DNA of 64,000 bases from Anaeromyxobacteraceae bacterium (GTDB taxonomy: Bacteria > Myxococcota > Myxococcia > Myxococcales > Anaeromyxobacteraceae): positions 1,888,001 to 1,952,000 of the forward strand of contig JASGHJ010000001.1 in NCBI GenBank assembly GCA_047602405.1, written 5' to 3'. A program made the translations under genes and the position numbers. This document shows positions 54,940 to 64,000 of this stretch, one piece after another. How positions within the stretch are numbered: the first letter of the stretch is position 1; each line of letters starts with the position of its first letter. Under the pieces are notes generated by a model that saw nothing but the letters and a program-made list of their open reading frames with translations, did not search any database and was not told the DNA's origin.

Positions 54940-56121
54940 TCACGCCTCCACTTTCCGAGTCGCAGCCTGAGGTGTCGCAGCCTTCGTGTCCGGCGCCCGC
55001 AGGTCGGGCGCGCCGCCGTAGGTGTGCCAGATGCGGCACTGGCCCTCGGAGGAGACCATGCAGGCGCCCACCGGCGCCTCCGGCACGCAGGCCTTCCCGA
55101 ACAGCGCGCAGTCGTTCGGCGTCGAGAGGCCCAGCATGATCGAGCCGCAGATGCAGCCCATGGCCTCGGCGCTGCGGGCGTCGTCGCGGACGCCCGAGGT
55201 GTCGATCGTGAACCGCTTGCGCGCGTCGAGGTGCGCCCAGTCGGGCTTGAGATCGAGGTTGCCGCCCTTCACCATGGCGATGCCGCGCCAGGTGCCGTCG
55301 ACGACGTCGAAGACCTTCCACAGCGACCGCTGCGCGGGGAGGTTGCCCTCCTTCGACACGCAGCGCGGGTAGACGTTCGCGACCTCGGGCTTCCCCTCGC
55401 GCACGAGGTCGGTGACCTTCACGAGCGAGGCGAGGATGTCGAGGGGCTCGAACCCGGCCACCGCCACCGGTGAGCCGGTCTTCCGCGCGAAGGGCTCGAA
55501 GATCTCCCAGCCGGTGATGATCGCGGCGTGGCCGGCGGCGAGGTAGCCGTCGATGCGGGTCTCGGGGCTCGCGGCGACGATCTCCATCGCGGCCGGCACG
55601 TACTTGTGCACCGACAGGATCGAGAAGTTCGCGGGCGGGTTCGTGAGGGCGACGGCCGCCGTGGCGACCGCGGTGGTCTCGAAGCCGGAGCCGAGGAACA
55701 CGACCTGCTCGGCCGGGTGCGCCCTCGCGAGCTCGACCGCCTGGGACACCGAGTAGACGATGTCGACCTTCGCGCCGAGCCCCTTCGCGTCGCCGAGCGA
55801 CTTCGAGGTGCCGGGCAGGCGGAGCATGTCGCCGTAGGTGCAGACCCGGACGCCGGCGAGCGCGAGCGCGACCGCCTCGTCGACCTCCGGCGCGTCGGTC
55901 ACGCAGACCGGGCAGCCGGGGCCCATGATGAGGTCGAGGCCGGGCGGCAGCACCGCGCGCAGGCCGAAGCGGGCGATGGCCTGCTCGTGGCTGCCGCACA
56001 CGTGCATGATCGCGACCTCGCGGCCGATCGCGTCGACGTTCCGGGCGAGCGCGTCGGTGAGCGCGCGCGCCTTCGCGGGGTCGCGGAACTTGAGCTCCGC
56101 GGTGAGGTCCTTCCCGCTCAC
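54940..56121 (-). CDS. hypD: Hydrogenase maturation protein HypD, first paralogue
   Basis: MHVCGSHE, GPGCPVC, GFETT, GACMVSSEGQC. Confidence 0.93.
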   Translation of the reverse strand: MSGKDLTAELKFRDPAKARALTDALARNVDAIGREVAIMHVCGSHEQAIARFGLRAVLPPGLDLIMGPGCPVCVTDAPEVDEAVALALAGVRVCTYGDMLRLPGTSKSLGDAKGLGAKVDIVYSVSQAVELARAHPAEQVVFLGSGFETTAVATAAVALTNPPANFSILSVHKYVPAAMEIVAASPETRIDGYLAAGHAAIITGWEIFEPFARKTGSPVAVAGFEPLDILASLVKVTDLVREGKPEVANVYPRCVSKEGNLPAQRSLWKVFDVVDGTWRGIAMVKGGNLDLKPDWAHLDARKRFTIDTSGVRDDARSAEAMGCICGSIMLGLSTPNDCALFGKACVPEAPVGACMVSSEGQCRIWHTYGGAPDLRAPDTKAATPQAATRKVEA

Positions 56122-56411
56122 TTCGCGTCCTTGCCCGCCGAGATCTCGCCGCGGACGTCCTCGGCCATGAGGTCGAGCTCGGCCTTCGCGCCGGTGACGT
56201 CCAGGATCTGGTCGAAGAGGGCGAGCGTCTCCTGGACCTCGCTCTCCGGGATGCGGCGGATGGCGAAGCCCACGTGGTTGAGCACGTAGTCACCCACCTG
56301 CACGGGCTCGTCGACGATGTCGAGGCGGAGCTCCTTCTTCACGCCGAAGAAGTCGACCGTCGCGTTCATGCCGTCGATGGCGAGGATCTTGCCGGGGACG
56401 CCGAGGCACAT
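56118..56411 (-). CDS. hypC: Hydrogenase maturation chaperone
   Basis: MCLGVPG, VGDYVLNHVGFA. Confidence 0.95.
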   Translation of the reverse strand: MCLGVPGKILAIDGMNATVDFFGVKKELRLDIVDEPVQVGDYVLNHVGFAIRRIPESEVQETLALFDQILDVTGAKAELDLMAEDVRGEISAGKDAK

Positions 56412-56428
56412 GTCCGAACTCTCCTGTC

Positions 56429-58802
56429 TCAGGCCGATGCGTCGGCCACGATGGCCTGCCCGAGCGCGATCCCCCCGTCACCGGGGGGGACGCGGCCGTG
56501 CAGGTATACCCGAAAATCGCTCCCCAGTTCCCCGAGGATCCCCTCGGCGAGCCGGGCGTTCTGGAAACAGCCGCCGGTGAGCACCACCGGCAGCCGCCCG
56601 GCCTGCCGCGCGGCGTCGCGGACGAGCGCGGCGCCGGCCTTCGCCAGGGCGGCGTGGAACCGCGCCGAGATGGCGCCCGGCGAGGCCTCCGCCGCGGCGT
56701 CGGCGGCGAGCGCCCGCCAGAGCGGCCTGAGGTCGAGCGAGGTGAGCGGGCCGGCGCGGCCGAGGTCGAAGGGGTAGGCGCCCGGCTCCGACGGATCCGC
56801 CGCCGCGTCGAGCGCGATGGCGACCTGGCCCTCGAACCGGGCGTCGCCGCGGCCGAGCGCGAGAGCCCCCGCGGCGTCGAAGACGCGGCCCACGCCGTGG
56901 GCGAGCGGGGCGTTCACGCCACCCGGAGATCATCCGCCGGACGGTCTCGAGCTCGGCGGGCGGCACGGCGCGGAAGAGGGGGAGCGACTCCAGCGGAGGC
57001 GCGCCGTCGAACGCGTCGAGGAGCGCCGCGAGCGCCGCGCGCCAGGGCTGGCGCACGGCGCGATCGCCACCGGCGAGCGCGAGCGGGCGGAACGTGGCGA
57101 GCCGCTCGAAGCGGCCGGCCTCGGCGAGGAGCAGCTCGCCGCCCCAGGCCGCGCCGTCGGTGCCGAGGCCGGTGCCGTCCCACGCCAGCGCGAGCACCGG
57201 CCCGTCGAGGCCGTGCTCGGCCATCGCCGCCGCGGCGTGGGCGTGGTGATGCTGCACCTCCACGAGCGGCACGCCGAGGGCGGCGGCGCGCTCGCGGGCG
57301 TACCGGGTGGACAGGTAGAGCGGGTGGAGGTCGCAGGCGACGACCTCGGGGCGCACCGCGAGGAACGTCTCGAGCCGCGCGATGGCGGCCTCGAAGGAGG
57401 CGTAGGTCTCGAGGTCGTCGAGGTCGCCGACGTGCGGCCCGAGCGTCGCCTCGTCGCCGCGGGCGAGGCAGAAGGTGTTCTTGAGCTGGGCGCCGACCGC
57501 GAGCACCGGGCGGCGGACCCTGCGCGAGAGCACGACCGGGCGGGGCACCCAGCCGCGCGAGCGGCGCATGACGAGCGGCTTCCCGGCGACGACGCGGGTG
57601 ACGCTGTCGTCGGCGCGCGACGCGATGGGCCGGTCGTGCACGAGGAACAGGTCGGCGATGCCGGAGAGGCGGCGGACCGCGTCGTCGTCCTCGAACGCGA
57701 TCGGCTCGTCGGAGAGGTTGCCGCTCGTCATCACGAGGGGCCTCGCCACGGCGGCGAGGAGCAGGTGGTGCAGCGGCGCGTAGGGGAGCATCACCCCCAC
57801 GAGCGGGCTCCCCGGGGCGAGGCCGGCCGCGAGCCGCGCCCCGTCTTCGAGCGGCACGGCCCGCCGCCGCACGAGCACGATCGGCCGCTCCACCGAGGCG
57901 AGCAGCGCCTCCTCCGCCGGCCCGAGCTCCGCGACCGCGCGCGCCTCCTGGAGGTCGCGCACCATGATCGCGAGCGGCTTCTCCTCCCGGTGCTTCCGCT
58001 GCCGGAGGAGCGCCACGGCCGCGTCGGAGGTGGCGTCGCAGGCGAGGTGGTACCCGCCGATGCCCTTCACGGCGGCGATCTGGCCCGCCACGAGCGCGCG
58101 GGCGACCTCTTCGATGGCGTGCTTCGACTCCCGCTCATGCTGAGCGTAGGCCCCCCGGTGCTCCGCACCGGGGGCCGAAGTCGAAGCACGCTCAGGATGA
58201 GCGGCCAATGAAGGACGGACCACCCACACCTTCGGCCCGCACGCCGGGCACGCGTTCGGCTGGGCGTGGAAGCGGCGGTCGCCGGGGTCGCCGTACTCGC
58301 GCGCGCAGGCGGGGCACATCGTGAACCCGGCCATCGTCGTGGCCGGCCGGTCGTACGGGACGTCGAGGGCGATGGTGAACCGCGGGCCGCAGTCGGTGCA
58401 GTTCGTGAACGGGTAGCCGTGGCGGCGGTCGGCGGGGTCGAGGAGCTCGCGCCGGCACGCCTCGCAGGTGCCGAGGTCGGGCGGGATGGCCACCCGGCGC
58501 TCGGTGGCGCCGCCGCTCTCCACGATCTCGAACGCGGCGGCGGCCTCGGCGGGGATCGGCGAGGCCTCGAGGGTCTCGATGACCGCGGCGGGCGGCCGGT
58601 CGGTGCGGAGCCGGGCGGTGAAGGCCTCGAGCGCCGGCGCGGGCGCGAAGGCCTCGATGGTCACGCCGGCGGCGTCGTTCCGGACGCGGCCCGAGACGCC
58701 CGCCTCGCGGGCGAGCCGGTAGACGAACGGCCGGAAGCCGACGCCCTGCACGGTGCCGGTCACGCGGATGCGCCGGCCTTCTCTGGTCTCGCTCTCGGAC
58801 AA
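56429..58802 (-). CDS. hypF: Carbamoyltransferase HypF; +1 frameshift near 56922 and in-frame repeat insertion; TTG start inferred
   Basis: GTVQGVGFRPFV, Zn fingers, KGIGGYHL, QHHHAH, DGTG; after the shift GRVFDA, GGCFQN, DGGIALGQ. Confidence 0.92.
58119..58204. repeat. Nested family A palindromic elements in-frame within hypF
   Basis: Minus strand cttcgacttc-ggcccccggtgcggagcaccggggggcc-tacgctcagcatgagcgg inside a plus-strand cttcgact...acgctcaggatgagcgg. Confidence 0.7.
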
Positions 58803-58951
58803 GCGGTCGATCGCCCCGGCGGTTCCTGCGTGGAGGGGAGCCGGGGTCCACGTGAAAGGGTGCAACGGGCGGTCCAGGGACCCCCTGAAACGAACCCGCC
58901 GGAATCCTAGGGGATTCCGGCGGACGAGGCGCAGGCGGGGCGGATCGGGCG

Positions 58952-58965
58952 TTGATCTCGCGCAA
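58952..58965. promoter_or_regulatory. Possible FNR/CRP-family binding site upstream of hypF
   Basis: TTGAT-ctcg-CGCAA compared with consensus TTGAT-N4-ATCAA. Confidence 0.35.
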
Positions 58966-59025
58966 AGGCTTCGTGCGCGCACCGCCCAGGCGGTGACCCT
59001 CGACGGGCCCTGGGCGGGCGGCTCA

Positions 59026-60522
59026 GGGACCGTGAAGGAATGGCCCGGCGGTAGCGGAGGCGGCTCCCGGGCTGGCCGTCGCGGGCGGTGGGCGGGGTGA
59101 GAGGCCGACGACGGCCCTCACGCCTGTGGGCGGGATTCGTCGAGGACGATCGATCGGCTTCGCCCGATGTCAGGTCGCCGCGCTCGCGGCGACGACCCGC
59201 AGGAGGTTGAAGGTCAGGGCGGCGAGCAGCACAACCGTCTTCACTTTCACGATGCCGCGGACCTTGAGGCGATCGAGCCCTCGGTGTCCTCGAAGATCGG
59301 CGTTGGTCCGTTCGGCGAGCACGCCACGCTGGACGTAGATGCGCTTCGCATCCTCGGTTCCCATCCGGACGCGCCAGGCGGCTACGTTCGGTGTGTCGCC
59401 GCGCTTGGGGGCGTACCGGTCTACGGTGTCGTTCTTCGGCTTGGGGGTCGGCGCGTAGATCGTGGCGCCGCGGTGCGAGACGACCTCGATGTTCTCGAGG
59501 CTCGTGAAGCCGCCATCCACCAGGTACTCGTCCGGCACCTTGCCTGTGCGCCGCTCGATCTCATCGAGCATCGGCACGACGTGGGGTTGGTCCGTCCCGT
59601 GGTTCGTCACGTCGACGCCCACGATGATCCCGCTCTCGTCGGTTGCGAGCTGGACGTTGTATGCGGGCCGGAAGCCACCGTCCGCCATCTTCATCACCCT
59701 GCTCTCGGCGTCCGTCGTGCTGACGCGGATCTCCTTGCGCCGCTTGGCCTCGGAAGGCTTCCTCGCGTCGCGCTCCGCACGATCCCGCTCGATGATCGGC
59801 AGTTCCTTCAAGGCCGCCTCGATCGCGGCCTGGCGAGCCGTCGCCGCGCGCTCCTTCGCGGCCGAGACCCGCTTCGACGACGCGGACGGGTCCGACTCGA
59901 ATCTCTCGGCGCAGCTTACGAACCTGTTGCTCCGCCTCGTCGCGGCAGCGCTCCAGGGACTGCCGCCGCCGAAAACTCGCTGCACCAGCGCTCGCTCGGA
60001 CCTTCATCCCGTCCTGCGCGACACGCCGCAACTTCACCACGCCTTCCTTCATGAGGACGGCGAGCACCTGGGTCAAAAGGCCATCGAGCTTCTTCCCGTG
60101 GTCCACGCGGAAGTCCGCGAGCGTGTGGTAGTTCACCGGGACTCCGCCGCAGATCCACCGATACGGAGCATCCCGGACGCAGAGCTGCTCCAGCAGCCGC
60201 GCGCTACCGACACCCTCCGAGTTCGCGAACAGCCACAAGGCGAGCATCACGGCGGGATCCGTGGCGGGGCGCCCAGCGATGCTGCCTCGCGCGCGGATCT
60301 CGTCGTAGAACGCCGACAGGTCGAGGCGCTCGACCATGGCCCAGATCCCACGCACCGGGTGGTCGTCGGGCACCATCGCCTCGAGGTCCGTCGGCTGCAA
60401 CGCCAGCTGATTCCGGACCGGCCTCAGCACTCGCGGCGCGTCGTCGTCGCTCACGCCACCAGAAGATCACGGCCAGGGGGCCCCAGTCCATGGGACACCC
60501 CGGCCGATTCCTTCACGCTCTC
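59026..60522 (-). mobile_element. IS1182-family insertion sequence
   Basis: Imperfect terminal inverted repeats gggaccgtgaaggaat / attccttcacgctctc; TCA on both flanks. Confidence 0.85.
59170..60454 (-). CDS. IS1182-family DDE transposase; +1 frameshift near 59900
   Basis: GRPATDPAVMLAL, YRWICGG, NYHTLADFR, QDGMKVRASA, MKMADGGFRPAYNVQ, LVDGGF. Confidence 0.85.
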
Positions 60523-61050
60523 TCAGTCGAGCCGGGGCTTCTCCCACCAGAGATCGGGCTCGAGCGGCTGGGCCCGGAGCCTGGGCGTCACGCCGACCTT
60601 CTCGAGCTCCATCAGGACGCCCTTCACGGCGCGCGGGATGGCCGCCCGGACGACCGCCGAGAGCGTCTCGTTCGACTCGACCTGCTCCGGGATGACGCCG
60701 ACGAGCTTGAACACCTTCGGCAGCACCTCGTTGAACTCGGCGTTGAGGAGCGCCTCGCGCACGCCGGGCTCGTGCGCGCTCACCACGCCGGGCATCGGCC
60801 GCTTGAGGAGCTCGGCCCCGTCGACGATGTGCACCTCGCCCGGCTCGCCCTTCAGCTTCACGGCGTCGATGAGCACGACCGCGTCGCGGTCCATGATGAA
60901 CGTGGTGAGCTCGTAGCCGGGCGTGCCGAAGTCCTCGCAGGTGACGCCCTCGGGGAACTCGTACTGCGCCGCGAGCAGGCGCGCGACGGTGGGGCCGATG
61001 CCGTCGTCGCCGTTGAGGACGTTGCCGATGCCGATGATCGCGACGTTCAC
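60523..61050 (-). CDS. Hydrogenase maturation endopeptidase (HybD/HyaD-type)
   Basis: IGIGNVLNGDDGIG, DFGT, LIDAV, SAHE. Confidence 0.9.
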   Translation of the reverse strand: MNVAIIGIGNVLNGDDGIGPTVARLLAAQYEFPEGVTCEDFGTPGYELTTFIMDRDAVVLIDAVKLKGEPGEVHIVDGAELLKRPMPGVVSAHEPGVREALLNAEFNEVLPKVFKLVGVIPEQVESNETLSAVVRAAIPRAVKGVLMELEKVGVTPRLRAQPLEPDLWWEKPRLD

Positions 61051-61080
61051 GTGAAGCCTCCGCTGCGCAGCCCAGAAAGC

Positions 61081-61114
61081 GAACATCCCGTCCCCTTGCG
61101 AGGACGGGATGTTC
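61081..61114 (-). terminator. Strong hairpin between hybC and the protease gene (terminator or mRNA stabiliser)
   Basis: Perfect 13-bp stem gaacatcccgtcc/ggacgggatgttc, followed by gctttct on the minus strand. Confidence 0.55.
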
Positions 61115-61160
61115 TAGCCCTTCTGGTTGTCCGAGTGGAAGTGCTGACGGGCTAACCGGC

Positions 61161-62924
61161 TTACAGCACCTTCACCGAGGCGATCTCCTGGCCGTCGGCG
61201 TCCACCGTGTGGATGGCGCACGCGAGGCAGGGGTCGAACGAGTGGATCGTGCGGAGCGCCTCGAGGGGCAGCTTCGCGTCCGCGATCGGGTTGCCGACGA
61301 GGGAGGCCTCGTACGGGCCCTTCTCGCCCTTGGCGTCGCGGGGACCCGCGTTCCAGGTCGAGGGGACGACCGCCTGGTAGTTGTCGAGCTTCATCGACTT
61401 GCCGTCGGAGGAAGCGGAGACGACGCACCAGTGGGAGAGCAGGCCGCGGGGCGCCTCGTGGATGCCGACGCCCTGGTAGACCTTGCCCTTCTCGAGCTTC
61501 GCCATCGGATCGACGAAGATCGAGGTGTCGCCCTTGCCGATGTTCTCGACGAGGAGCTTCCAGTGCTTCAGCGCGAGGTCGCTCATGACGGCCGCGCGGA
61601 TGGCGCGGGCGCCGTGACGGCCGAGCGTGGAGTGGAGGACGGCCGGCGTGAGCTTCACGCCCGCGATCTTCCCGGCGGTCTCGAGCATCCAGGTCGCGTA
61701 CTTCACGAACAGCGGGCTGCCCGTGGCGACGCCGACGAGGACCTGGGCGAGCGGACCGACCTGGACCGGCTTGCCCTCGAGGCGAGGCGCCTTGACCCAG
61801 GAGTACTTGTCCGGGGCGGGCGTCTCCTGCTTCCAGTCGGCGACCTTCTGGAGCTCGTCACCCGGGAGCGGCTTCGTCTCGCCCTTCCACGGGTGCTTCG
61901 CGTCGGCGCCCTGGTAGAGCGAGTGGGCGACGGACTCGGTGACGTTCTCGCGGAAGTACTTGTCCTTCCAGTCCGCGATCTTCTGGACCTTGCCGAGGTC
62001 GGCGTTCCAGATGATGCCGCCGGGCAGGTCGAACTGCGTCATCTTGGCGTCGGTCGGGAGATCCGGGATCGCCATGTAGTTCGTGACGCCCGCGCCGTAC
62101 TTCAGCCAGTCCGGGTAGCTCGCCGCGATGGCGGCCACGTCGGGCAGGTAGACCTGCTTGATGAAGGTCGCGACCTCCTCGAAGAGCTCCTTGACCTTGT
62201 ACAGGCGCTCCATGTTGAGGGTCGCCGGGTTGTCCAGGTTGATCGCGTTGGCGACGCCGCCGACCGCGAGGTTCTGGATGTTCGGCGTCTTCGACCCGAG
62301 GATCGCGACGATCTGGTTGGCCTTCCGCTGCACCTCGAGGGCCTGCAGGTAGTGCGCGACGGCGAGGAGGTTCACCTCGGGCGGGAGCTTCATCGCCGGG
62401 TGGCCCCAGTAGCCGTTCTGGAAGATGCCGAGCTGGCCCGCGGCCACGAAGCTCGCCACCTTCTCCTTCACGGCGGTGAGCTGGTGGACGGAGTTGCCCG
62501 CCCACTGCTCGCCGAGCTTGTCGGCCAGCGCCGCGGCCTTCGCCGGATCGGCCTTGAGCGCGGAGACCACGTCCACCCAGTCCAGCGCGGACAGGTGGTA
62601 GAAGTGCACGATGTGGTCGTGCAGCGCGTGGGCCGTGATGATGAGGTTGCGGATCAGCTGAGCGTTCAGCGGGATCTCGAGGCCGAGCGCGTCCTCGACG
62701 GAGCGGACCGACGCGATCGCGTGCACGGTCGTGCACACGCCGCAGATGCGCTGCGTGAAGACCCAGGCGTCACGGGGATCGCGGTCCTTGAGGATGACCT
62801 CGATGCCGCGCCACATGGTGCCGGCGGACCACGCGTTCTTCACGACGCCCCCGTCGACCTCGCAGTCGATGCGGAGGTGACCCTCGATGCGAGTGACAGG
62901 GTCGATGGTGATGAGCTTGCCCAT
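61161..62924 (-). CDS. hybC: [NiFe]-hydrogenase large subunit, Hyd-2-like (group 1c)
   Basis: DPVTRIEGH, L1 QRICGVCTTVH, L2 SFDPCLACAIH, cleavable C-terminal tail. Confidence 0.93.
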   Translation of the reverse strand: MGKLITIDPVTRIEGHLRIDCEVDGGVVKNAWSAGTMWRGIEVILKDRDPRDAWVFTQRICGVCTTVHAIASVRSVEDALGLEIPLNAQLIRNLIITAHALHDHIVHFYHLSALDWVDVVSALKADPAKAAALADKLGEQWAGNSVHQLTAVKEKVASFVAAGQLGIFQNGYWGHPAMKLPPEVNLLAVAHYLQALEVQRKANQIVAILGSKTPNIQNLAVGGVANAINLDNPATLNMERLYKVKELFEEVATFIKQVYLPDVAAIAASYPDWLKYGAGVTNYMAIPDLPTDAKMTQFDLPGGIIWNADLGKVQKIADWKDKYFRENVTESVAHSLYQGADAKHPWKGETKPLPGDELQKVADWKQETPAPDKYSWVKAPRLEGKPVQVGPLAQVLVGVATGSPLFVKYATWMLETAGKIAGVKLTPAVLHSTLGRHGARAIRAAVMSDLALKHWKLLVENIGKGDTSIFVDPMAKLEKGKVYQGVGIHEAPRGLLSHWCVVSASSDGKSMKLDNYQAVVPSTWNAGPRDAKGEKGPYEASLVGNPIADAKLPLEALRTIHSFDPCLACAIHTVDADGQEIASVKVL

Positions 62925-62938
62925 GGAAATGACCTCTA

Positions 62939-64000
62939 TTACCGGTGGGCCGCGGCGGCGCCGCTGCCGACGTTGGAGTGCGCGCGGTCTTCCACGACCA
63001 CGACAGGGAACAGGCGGGACACGACCACGAAGATGGCGATGCCGACGGCGGCCATGCCGATGGTCACGATGGACTCACCGAGCGACGGGAAGTACTGCCA
63101 CCCCGCCTCCCACGGCTTGCCGTTCGGCTGCCAGCCGACCGGACGGTAGAACGTGAGGTACGTGTCCACCCGGTAGAAGGCCCCGGCCATCACGGCCATG
63201 AACGCGGCGAGGAAGAGCTGCCCGCGGTTCGAGGCGACCTTCGTCGACATGAACATGAAGGCCGGCACGAGGAAGAGCGCCATCTCGAAGAGGAACCAGA
63301 TTGTCGGGAAGTTGAACCCGAGGAAGCTGAGCTTCGAGACCAGCACGTCCTGGCCGTTCACGCCGATCGTGTACTTCCCGACGAAGAGCTCGCCGATGCG
63401 GAGGGCGGCGTAGAGGAAGAGCAGCCCGCCGTTCACCTTGGAGAGGGACACGAAGAGCTTCTGGTCGACCTTCGCGTTCCAGGTCATCCCGAGGATGTTG
63501 GTCAGCACCACCACCGTCCCGTACCCCATCGAGAGGCAGGAGATGAGGAAGAGGGTGGGGAGCAGCCCGTTGTGCCAGAGCGGGTGGATCTTCGGCCCCG
63601 CGATGAGCATCAGGCCGCCCAGCGAGCTCTGGTGCATGGTCGGGAGGACGATGGCCGCCGCGATGAAGAAGGGCATCGCCTTCGCCATCACCGGCTTCCA
63701 CTTCTTCCCGAACGCCTGCCAGCCCTTGTCCTGGGCGACCTCGGCGGCGTCGAGCGCCGACGGGATGACCTCGATCCAGAGCACGCAGACGTACGCCATC
63801 ACGCAGACGGCGACCTCGAGCAGCGCGGAGGACAGGTTCCAGTACGGGATCCAGGGGAGCCAGTACGCGTTCCACGGACGGCCGAGCGCGATGACGATCG
63901 AGCTCGCGCCGAGGGTGTACGCGATGGCGCCCGTGAGCACGGCCGGGCGGACCAGGCCGTGGTACTCGCCCTTGTTGAGCGCGTAGCAGAGGAGGCCGAC
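62939..64000 (-). CDS. hybB: Hydrogenase-2 membrane subunit (NrfD/HybB-type), 5' part outside the window
   Basis: LGRPW, SALLEVAVC, LPTMHQSSLG, IHPLW, YFPS; directly upstream of hybC. Confidence 0.88.
   Translation of the reverse strand, partial: VGLLCYALNKGEYHGLVRPAVLTGAIAYTLGASSIVIALGRPWNAYWLPWIPYWNLSSALLEVAVCVMAYVCVLWIEVIPSALDAAEVAQDKGWQAFGKKWKPVMAKAMPFFIAAAIVLPTMHQSSLGGLMLIAGPKIHPLWHNGLLPTLFLISCLSMGYGTVVVLTNILGMTWNAKVDQKLFVSLSKVNGGLLFLYAALRIGELFVGKYTIGVNGQDVLVSKLSFLGFNFPTIWFLFEMALFLVPAFMFMSTKVASNRGQLFLAAFMAVMAGAFYRVDTYLTFYRPVGWQPNGKPWEAGWQYFPSLGESIVTIGMAAVGIAIFVVVSRLFPVVVVEDRAHSNVGSGAAAAHR

Noticed and set aside
59890..59910. Programmed frameshift in the transposase
   Set aside because: No slippery heptamer; same single-base duplication pattern as six other genes.
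61161..61240. Selenocysteine ([NiFeSe]) hydrogenase
   Set aside because: L2 motif is DPCLAC with ordinary Cys codons and no in-frame TGA.

Overview
Very GC-rich bacterial chromosome segment. Gene content (MYXO-CTERM-like tails, DUF4388, multiheme proteins, Hyb hydrogenase) suggests Myxococcota, most like Anaeromyxobacter; this is inference. Housekeeping genes (proS, pyrF, maeB, Fpg/Nei glycosylase, acyltransferase, NDH-2) are mixed with many small secreted proteins and lipoproteins. The right end holds a Hyb-type [NiFe]-hydrogenase operon (hybB partial, hybC, maturation protease), an IS1182-family element sitting exactly on the protease stop codon, and an unusual hyp operon (hypF-C-D1-E-crotonase-D2-A-B). 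Main leads: (1) a small stand-alone GIY-YIG nuclease flanked by an 82-bp-period array and an inverted pair of a structured palindromic repeat, with relatives elsewhere in the window, including in-frame inside hypF; (2) a hyp operon with two HypD paralogues and a free-standing crotonase-fold gene recalling the CO-producing domain of HypX; (3) a ~1800-aa lipoprotein combining RCC1-like repeats, four CxxCH motifs and an Ig-like stalk, divergent from a GbsR-type regulator and Lol-like ABC export operon; (4) a CarH/LitR-type B12-binding regulator divergent from ndh; (5) a lipoprotein with a defensin-like Cys pattern. Seven genes carry single-base +1 insertions that look like sequencing errors. No rRNA, tRNA or CRISPR array was recognised. 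All family assignments come from visual motif recognition, not database searches.
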